From Octopus sinensis (taxonomy: Eukaryota), in contig NW_021835234.1 of assembly GCF_006345805.1 (NCBI RefSeq), forward strand, positions 1 through 41,928: a stretch of 41,928 nucleotides of DNA, given 5' to 3'. Below are positions 33,691 to 41,928 of the stretch, piece by piece; position 1 is the stretch's first letter, and each line of letters begins with the position of its first letter. The translations under genes were made by a program, and so were the position numbers. The notes beneath the pieces are model-generated. The model had not been told where the DNA came from, did no database searches, and was given only the letters and a program-made list of their open reading frames with translations.

Positions 33691-36600
33691 TGCGCTCGTA
33701 GGTACATCAGAACAAGGTATATACCTAGTAAGTCTGTAGCTTGTGCAGAGTCCGGTGCTCCCGTAGGTACATCAGAACAAGGTAAATACCTAGTAAGTCT
33801 GTACCTTGTGCAGAGTCCGGTGCTCCCGTAGATACATCAGAAAAAGGTAAATACCTAGTAAGACTTTAGATTGTGCAGAATCCAGTGCTCTCGTAGGTAC
33901 ATCAGAACAAGGTAAATACCTAGTAAGTCTGTAGCTTGTGCAGAATCCGCTGCTCCCGTAGGTACATCAGAGCAAGGTAAATACCTAGTCAGTCTGTATC
34001 TTGTGCAGAATCCGGTGTTCCCGTAGGTACATCAGAACAAGGTAAATACCTAGTCAGTCTGTATCTTGTGCAGAGTCCGGTGCCCCCGTATGTACATCAG
34101 AACAAGGTAAATAGCTAGTAAGTCTGTAGCTTGTGCAGAATCCGGTGCTCCCGAAGGTACATCAGAACCAGGTAAATACCTAGTAAGTCTGTAGCTTGTG
34201 CACAATCCGGTGCTCCCGTAGGTACATCAGAACAAGGTAAATACCTAGTAAGTCTGTAGCTTGTGCAGAGACCGGTGCTCCCGTAGGTACATCAGAACAA
34301 GGTAAATACCTAGTAAGTCTGTACCTTGTGCAGAGTCCGGTGCTCCCGTAGGTACATCAGAAAAAGGTAAATACCTAGTAAGTCTGTAGCTTGTGCAGAA
34401 TCCGGTGCTCTCGTAGGTACATCAGAACAAGGTAAATACCTAGTAAGTCTGTAGCTTTTGCAGAATCCGGTGCTCCCGTAGGTACATCAGAACAAGGTAA
34501 ATACCTAGTAAGTCTGTAGCTTGTGCAGAATCCGGTGTTCCCGTAGGTACATCAGAGCAAGGTAAATACCTAGTCAGTCTGTAGCTTGTGCAGAGTCCGG
34601 TGCTCCCGTAGGTACATCAGAACAAGGTAAATACCTAGTAAGTCTGTAGCTTGTGCAGAGTCTGGTGCTCCCGTAGGTACATCAGAACAAGGTAAATACC
34701 TCGTAAGACTTTAGCTTGTGCAGAATCCGGTGCTCCTGTAGGTACATCAGAACAAGGTAAATACCTTGTAAGTCTGTAGCTTGTGCAGAATCCGGTGCTC
34801 CCGTATGTACATCAGACCAAGGTAAATACCTAGTAAGTCTGTAGCTTGTGCACAATCCGGTGCTCCCGTAGGTACATCAGAACAAGGTAAATACCTAGTA
34901 AGTCTGTAGCTTGTGCAGAGACAGGAGTTCCCGTAGGTACATCAGAACAAGGTAAATACCTAGTAAGTCTCTAGCTTGTGCAGAATCCGGTGCTCCCGTA
35001 GGTACATCAGAACAAGGTAAATACCTAGTAAGTCTGTAGCTTGTGCAGAGACCGGTGCTCCCGTAGGTACATCAGAACAGGTAAATACCTGTAAGTCTGT
35101 AGCTTTTGCAGAGACAGGAGTTCCCGTAGGTACATCAGACAAGGTAAATACCTAGTAAGTCTGTAGCTTTTGCAGAGACAGGAGTTCCCGTAGGTACATC
35201 AGAACAATGTTAATAACTAGTAAGTCTGTAGCTTGTGCAGAATCCGGTGCTCCCGTAGGTACATCAGAACAAGGTTAATACCTAGTAAGTCTGTAGCTTG
35301 TGCAGAATCCGGTGTTCCCGTAGGTACATCAGAGCAAGGTAAATACCTAGTCAGTCTGTATCTTGTGCAGTGTCCGGTGCTCCCGTAGGTACATCAGAGC
35401 AAGGTAAATACCTAGTCAGTCTGTATCATGTGCAGAGTCCGGTGCTCCCGTATGTACATCAGAACAAGGTAAATAGCTAGTAAGTCTGTAGCTTGTGCAG
35501 AGTCCGGTGCTCCCGTAGGTACATCAGAACAAGGTAAATACCTAGTAAGTCTGTAGCTTGTGCAGAGTCCGGTGCTCCCGTATGTACATCAGAACAAGGT
35601 AAAAACCTAGTAAGTCTGTAGCTTGTGCAGAATCCGGTGTTCCCTTCGGTACATCAGAGCAAGGTAAATACCTAGTCAGTCTGTATCTTGTGCAGAGTCC
35701 GGTGCTCCCGTAGGTACACCAGAGCAAGGTAAATACCTAGTAAGTCTGTAGCTTTTGCAGAATCCGGTGCTCCCGTAGGTACATCAGAACAAGGTAAATA
35801 CCTAGTAAGTCTGTAGCTTGTGCAGATTCCGGTACTCCCGTAGGTAAATCAGAACAAGGTAAAAACCTAGTAAGTCTGTAGCTTGTGCAGAGACCGGTGC
35901 TCCCGTAGGTACATTAGAACAAGGTAAATACCTAGTAAGTCTGTAGCTTGTGCAGAGACCGGTGCTCCCGTAGGTACATCAGAACAAGGTAAATACCTTG
36001 TAAGTCTGTAGCTTGTGCAGAGTCCGGTGCCCCCATAGGTACATCAGAACAAGGTAAATAACTAGTAAGTCTGTACCTTGTGCAGAGTCCAGTGCTCCCG
36101 TAGGTATATCAGAAAAAGGTTAATACCTAGTAAGTATTTAGCTTGTGCAGAGTCCGATGCTCCCGTAGGTACATCAGAACAAGGTAAATACCTAGAAAAT
36201 TTGTACCTAGTGCAGAGTCCGGTGCTCCCGTAGGTACATCAGAAAAAGGTAAATACCTAGTAAGTCTTTAGCTTGTGCAGAATCCGGTGCTATCGTAGGT
36301 ACATCAGAACAAGGTAAATACCTGGTGAGTCTGTAGCTTGTGCAGAATCCGCTGCTCCCGTAGGTACATCAGAACAAGGTAAATACCTTGTAAGTCTGTA
36401 GCTTGTGCAGAGTCCGGTGCTCCCGTATGTACATCAGAACAAGGTAAAAACCTAGTAAGTCTGTAGCTTGTGCAGAATCCGGTGTTCCCTTCGGTACATC
36501 AGAGCAAGGTAAATACCTTGTAAGTCTGTAGCTTGTGCAGAGTCTGGTGCTCCAGGAGGTACAGCAGAACTAGGTGAATACCCAGTAAGTCTGTAGCTTG

Positions 36601-39600
36601 TGCAGAGTCTGGTGCTCCAGTAGGTACAGCAGAACTAGGTAAATACCCAGTAAGTCTAGCTTTTGCAGAGACAGGAGATCCCGTAGGGACATCAGAACAA
36701 GGTAAATACCTAGTAAGTCTGTAGTTTGTGCAGAATCCGGTGCTCCCGTAGGTACATCAGAACAAGGTTAATACCTAGTAAGTCTGTAGCTTGTGCAGAA
36801 TCCGGTGTTCCCGTAGGTACATCAGAGCTAGGTAAATACCTAGTCAGTCTGTATCTTGTGCAGTGTCCGGTGCTCCCGTAGGTACATCAGAGCAAGGTAA
36901 ATACCTAGTCAGTCTGTATCATGTGCAGAGTCCGTTGCTCCCGTATGTACATCAGAACAAGGTAAATAGCTAGTAAGTCTGTAGCTTGTGCAGAGTCCGG
37001 TGCTCCCGTAGGTACATCAGAACAAGGTAAATACCTAGTAAGTCTGTAGCTTGTGCAGAGTCCGGTGCTCCCGTATGTACATCAGAACAAGGTAAAAACC
37101 TAGTAAGTCTGTAGCTTGTGCAGAATCCGGTGTTCCCTTCGGTACATCAGAGCAAGGTAAATACCTAGTCAGTCTGTATCTTGTGCAGAGTCCGGTGCTC
37201 CCGTAGGTACACCAGAGCAAGGTAAATACCTAGTAAGTCTGTAGCTTTTGCAGAATCCGGTGCTCCCGTAGGTACATCAGAACAAGGTAAATACCTAGTA
37301 AGTCTGTAGCTTGTGCAGAGTCCGGTGCTCCCGTATGTACATCAGAACAAGGTAAATACCTAGTAAGTCTGTAGCTTGTGCACAATCCGGTGCTCCCGTA
37401 GGTACATCAGAACAAGGTAAATACCTAGTAAGTCTGTAGCTTGTGCAGAGACAGGAGTTCCCGTAGGTACATCAGAACAAGGTAAATACCTAGTAAGTCT
37501 CTAGCTTGTGCAGAATCCGGTGCTATCGTAGGTACATCAGAACAACGTAAATACCTGGTGAGTCTGTAGCTTGTGCAGAATCCGCTGCTCCCGTAGATAC
37601 ATCAGAACAAGGTAAATACCTTGTAAGTCTGTAGCTTGTGCAGAATCCGGTGTTCCCGTAGGTACATCAGAGCAAGGTAAATACCTAGTCAGTCTCTATC
37701 TTGTGCAGAGTCTGGTGCTCCAGTAGGTACAGCAGAACTAGGTAAATACCCAGTAAGTCTGTAGCTTGTGCAGAGTCCGGTGCTCCCGTAGGTACATCAG
37801 AACAAGGTAAATACCTAGTAAGTCTGTAGCTTGTGCAGAGTCCGGTGCTCCCGTATGTACATCAGAACAAGGTAAATACCTAGTAAGTCTGTAGCTTGTG
37901 CAGAGTCTGGTGCTCCCGTAGGTACATCAGAACAGGTAATATCCTCGTAGACTTTAGCTTGTGCAGAATCCGGTGCTCCCGTATGTACATCAGAACAAGG
38001 TAAATACCTAGTAAGTTTGTAGCTTTATGCAGAATCCGGTGCTCTCGCAGGTACATCAGAACAGGGTAAATACCTAGTAAGTCTGTAGCTTGTGCAGAAT
38101 CCGGTGCTCCCGTAGGTACATCAGAACAAGATAAATAACTAGTAAGTCTGTAGCTTGTGCAGAAACCGGTGCTCCCGTAGGTACATCAGAACAAGGTAAA
38201 TACCTAGTAAGTCTGTAGCTTGTGCAGAGACCGGTGCTCCCGTAGGTACATCAGAACAAGGTAAATACCTAGTAAGTCTGTAGCTTCTGCAGAGACCGGT
38301 GCTCCCGTAGGTACATCAGAACAAGATAAATACCTAGTAAGTCTGTAGCTTGTGCAGAAACCGGTGCTCCCGTAGGTACATCATAGCAAGATAAATACCT
38401 AGTAAATCTTTAGCTTGTGCAGAATCCGGTGCTCCCGTAGGTACATCAGAACAAGGTTTATACCTAGTAAGTCTGTAGCTTGTGCAGAGTCCGGTGCTCC
38501 CGTAGGTACATCAGAACAAGGTAAATACCTAGTAAGTCTGTACCTTGTGCAGAGTCCGGTGCTCCCGTAGGTACATCAGAACAAGGTAAATACCTAGTAA
38601 GTCTTTAGCTTGTGCAGAATCCGGTGCTCCCTTAGGTACATCAGAACAAGGTAAATACCTAGTAAGTTTGTAGCTTGTGCAGAGACCGGTGCTCCCGTAG
38701 GTACATAAGAACAAGGTAAATACCTAGTATGTCTGTAGCTTTTGCAGAGACCGGTGCTCCCGTAGGTACATCAGAACAAGGTAAATACCTAGTAAGTCTG
38801 TATCATGTGCAGAGTCCGGTGCCCCCATAGGTACATCAGAACAAGGTAAATATTTAGTAAATCTTTAGCTTGTGCAGAATCCGGTGCTCCCGTATGTACA
38901 TCAGAACAAGGTATATACCTAGTAAGTCTGTAGCTTGTGCAGAGTCCGGTGCTCCCGTAGGTACATCAGAACAAGGTAAATACCTAGTCAGTCTGTAGCT
39001 TGTGCAGAGTCCGCTGCTCCCGTAGGTACATCAGAGCAAGGTAAAAACCTAGTCAGTCTGTAGCTTGTGCAGAGTCCGGTTTTCCCGTAGGTACATCAGA
39101 GCAAGGTAAATACCTAGTCAGTCTGTAACTTGTGCAGAGTCCGGTGCTCCTGTAGGTACATCAGAACTAGGTAAATACCTAGTAAGTCTGTAGCTTGTGC
39201 AGAGTCCGGTGCTCCCGTAGGTACATCAGAACAAGGTAAATACCTAGTAAGTCTGTAGCTTGTGCAGAGTCCGGTGCTCCCGTAGGTACATCGGAACAAG
39301 GTAAATAACTCGTAAGTCTGTAGCTTGTGCAGAATCCGGTGCTCCTGTAGGTACATCAGAACAAGGTAAATACCTAGTAAGTCTGTAGCTTGTGCAGAAT
39401 CCGCTGCTCCCGTAGGTACATCAGAACAAGGTAAATACCTAGTAAGTCTGTAGCTTGTGCAGAATCCGGTGTTCCCGTAGGTACATCAGAACAAGGTAAA
39501 TACCTAGTCAGTCTGTATCTTGTGCAGAGTCCGGTGCCCCCGTATGTACATCAGAACAAGGTAAATAGCTAGTAAGTCTGTAGCTTGTGCAGAGTCCGGT

Positions 39601-41928
39601 GCTCCCGTATGTACATCAGAACAAGGTAAATAGCTAGTAAGTCTTTAGATTGTGCAGAATCAGGTGCGCTCGTAGGTACATCAGAACAAGGTATATACCT
39701 AGTAAGTCTGTAGCTTGTGCAGAGTCCGGTGCTCCCGTAGGTACATCAGAACAAGTTAAATACCTAGTAAGTCTGTAGCTTGTGCAGAATCCGGAGTTCC
39801 CGCAGGTACATCAGAGCAATGTAAATACCTAGTCAGTCTGTATCTTGTGCAGAGTCCGGTGCTCCCGTAGGTACATCAGAGCAAGGTAAATACCTCGTAA
39901 GTCTGTAGCTTGTGCAGAGTCCGGTGCTCCCGTATGTACATCAGAACAAGGTAAATAGCTAGTAAGTCTTTAGATTGTGCAGAGACCGGTGCTCCCGTAG
40001 GTACATCAGAACAAGGTAAATATCTAGTAAGCCTGTACCTTGTGAAGAGTCCGGTGCTCCCGTAGGTACATCAGAACAAGGTAAATACCTAGTAAGACTG
40101 TATCTTGTGCAGAGACCGGTGCTCCCGGAGGTACATCAGAAAAAGGTAAATACCTAGTAAGTCTTTAGCTTGTGCAGAATCCGGTGCTCTCGTAGGTACA
40201 TCAGAACAAGATAAATACCTAGTAAGTCTGTAGCTTTTGCAGAATCCGCTGCTCCCGTAGGTACATCAGAACAAAGTAAATACCTAGTAAGTCTGTAGCT
40301 TGTGCAGAATCCGGTGTTCCCTTCGGTACATCAGAGCAAGGTAAATACCTAGTCAGTCTGTAGCTTGTGCAGAGTCCGGTGCTCCCGTAGGTACATCAGA
40401 GCAAGTAAATACCTAGTAAGTCTGTAGCTTTTGCAGAATCCGGTGCTCCCGTAGGTACATCAGAACAAGGTAAATACCTAGTAAGTCTGTAGCTTGTGCA
40501 GAGTCCGGTGCTCCCGTAGGTACATCAGAACAAGGTAAATACCTAGTAAGTCTGTAGCTTGTGCAGAATCCGGTGCTCCCGTAGGTACATCAGAACAAGG
40601 TAAATACCTAGTAAGTCTGTAGCTTGTGCAGAGTCCGGTGCTCCCGTATGTACATCAGAAAAGGTAAATACCTAGTAAGTCTGTAGCTTGTGCAGAATCC
40701 GGTGCTCTCGTAGGTACATCAGAACAAGGTAAATACTTGTAAGTCTGTAGCTTGTGCAGAATCCGGTGCTCCCGTAGGTACATCAGAAAAAGGTAATACC
40801 TAGTAAGTCTGTAGCTTGTGCGAATCCGGTGCTCTCGTAGGTACCTCAGAACAAGGTAAATAACTAGTAGTCTGTAGCTTGTGCAAATCCGCTGCTTCCC
40901 GTAGGTAACATCAGAACAAGGTAAATACCTAGTAAGTCTGTAGCTTGTGCAGAGACCGGTGTGCTCCCGTAGGTACATCAGAACAGTAAATAACCTTGTA
41001 AGTCTGTAGCTTGTGCAGAGTCCGGTGCCCCCATAGGTACATCAGAACAAGGTAAATACTAGTAAGTCTGTACCTTGTGCAGAGTCCGTTGCTCCCGTAG
41101 GTATATCAGAAAAGGTAAATACCTAGTAAGTATTTAGCTTGTGCAGAGTCCGATGCTCCCGTAGGTACATCAGAACAAGGTAAATACCTAGAAAATTTGT
41201 ACCTAGTGCAGAGTCCGGTGCTCCCGTAGGTACATCAGAAAAAGGTAAATACCTAGTAAGTCTTTAGCTTGTGCAGAATCCGGTGCTATCGTAGGTACAT
41301 CAGAACAAGGTAAATACCTGGTGAGTCTGTAGCTTGTGCAGAATCCGCTGCTCCCGTAGGTACATCAGAACATGGTAAATAACTCGTAAGTCTGTAGCTT
41401 GTGCAGAATCCGGTGCTCCTGTAGGTACATAAGAACAAGGTAAATACCTAGTAAGTCTGTAGCTTGTGCAGAATCCGCTGCTCCCGAAGGTACATCAGAA
41501 CAAGGTAAATACCTAGTAAGTCTGTAGCTTGTGCAGAATCCGGTGTTCCCGTAGGTACATCAGAGCAAGGTAAATACCTAGTCAGTTTGTATCTTGTGCA
41601 GAGTCCGGTGCTCCCGTATGTACATCAGAACAAGGTAAATAGCTAGTAACTCTGTAGCTTGTGCAGAGTCCGGTGCTCCCGTAGGTACATCAGAACAAGG
41701 TAAATAACTAATAAGTCTTTAGCTTGTGCGGAATCCGGTGCTCTCGTAGGTACATCAGAACAAGGTAAATACCTAGTAAGTCTGTAGCTTTTGCAGAATC
41801 CGGTGTTCCCGTAGGTACATCAGAACAAGGTAAATACCTAGTCAGTCTGTATCTTGTGCAGAGTCCGGTGCCCCCGTATGTACATCAGAACAAGGTAAAT
41901 AGCTAGTAAGTCTGTAGCTTGTGCAGAG
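33689..41928 (+). repeat. 65-bp satellite, consensus GGTGCTCCCGTAGGTACATCAGAACAAGGTAAATACCTAGTAAGTCTGTAGCTTGTGCAGA(G/A)TCC, >=~126 copies, continues past the window end
   Basis: Period 65 (ATACCTAGTA at 33721 and 33786). High monomer identity throughout. Confidence 0.99.

Noticed and set aside
40640-41100. Indel-rich patches in the 65-bp array (also ~35070-35140 and ~37930-37950)
   Set aside because: Clustered 1-bp indels are more likely long-read consensus errors than biology, and cannot be resolved without reads.
22817-41928. CRISPR-like array interpretation of the 34-bp or 65-bp repeats
   Set aside because: Head-to-tail tandem monomers with no unique spacers, no cas genes, and a eukaryotic context.
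33689-41928. Hammerhead ribozyme in the 65-bp satellite (minus strand has CTGATG)
   Set aside because: The core reads CUGAUGU rather than CUGANGA, with no GAAA or stem II/III geometry.
33689-41928. CENP-B box (ACGGGA on the minus strand)
   Set aside because: The TTCG half and the correctly spaced A are absent.

Overview
Eukaryotic, gene-free, repeat-saturated DNA that looks subtelomeric. It is very probably from an Octopus genome, judged from recalled similarity of the SINE and RTE families (no database search was possible). No cellular protein-coding gene is supported, and all long ORFs are artefacts of satellites or microsatellites. There are three zones. (1) 1-3104 and ~12200-33365 are a patchwork duplicon built from tRNA-SINE halves, TG/TA microsatellites and AT-rich palindromic motifs. 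Two collinear ~6 kb copies lie at ~16780-22744 and ~27570-33365. (2) 3105-12200 holds older decayed transposons: a Penelope-type terminal piece with a hammerhead-ribozyme-like fold, a Tc1 transposase, an RTE LINE interrupted at its YADD motif by an internally deleted Gypsy element, and a Penelope GIY-YIG fragment. A CR1-group LINE sits in one duplicon copy at 20341-22131. (3) Three co-oriented TTAGGG-type tracts (22745-22816, 26829-26914, 33366-33690) are fused directly, with 2-5 nt microhomologies, to three different satellites: 34 bp (~3.6 kb), 15 bp (~0.4 kb) and 65 bp (>8.2 kb, running off the window). The main hypothesis is a chromosome end grown in layers, each made of duplicon, telomere seed and captured satellite. 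Coordinates of decayed elements are approximate and were read by eye.
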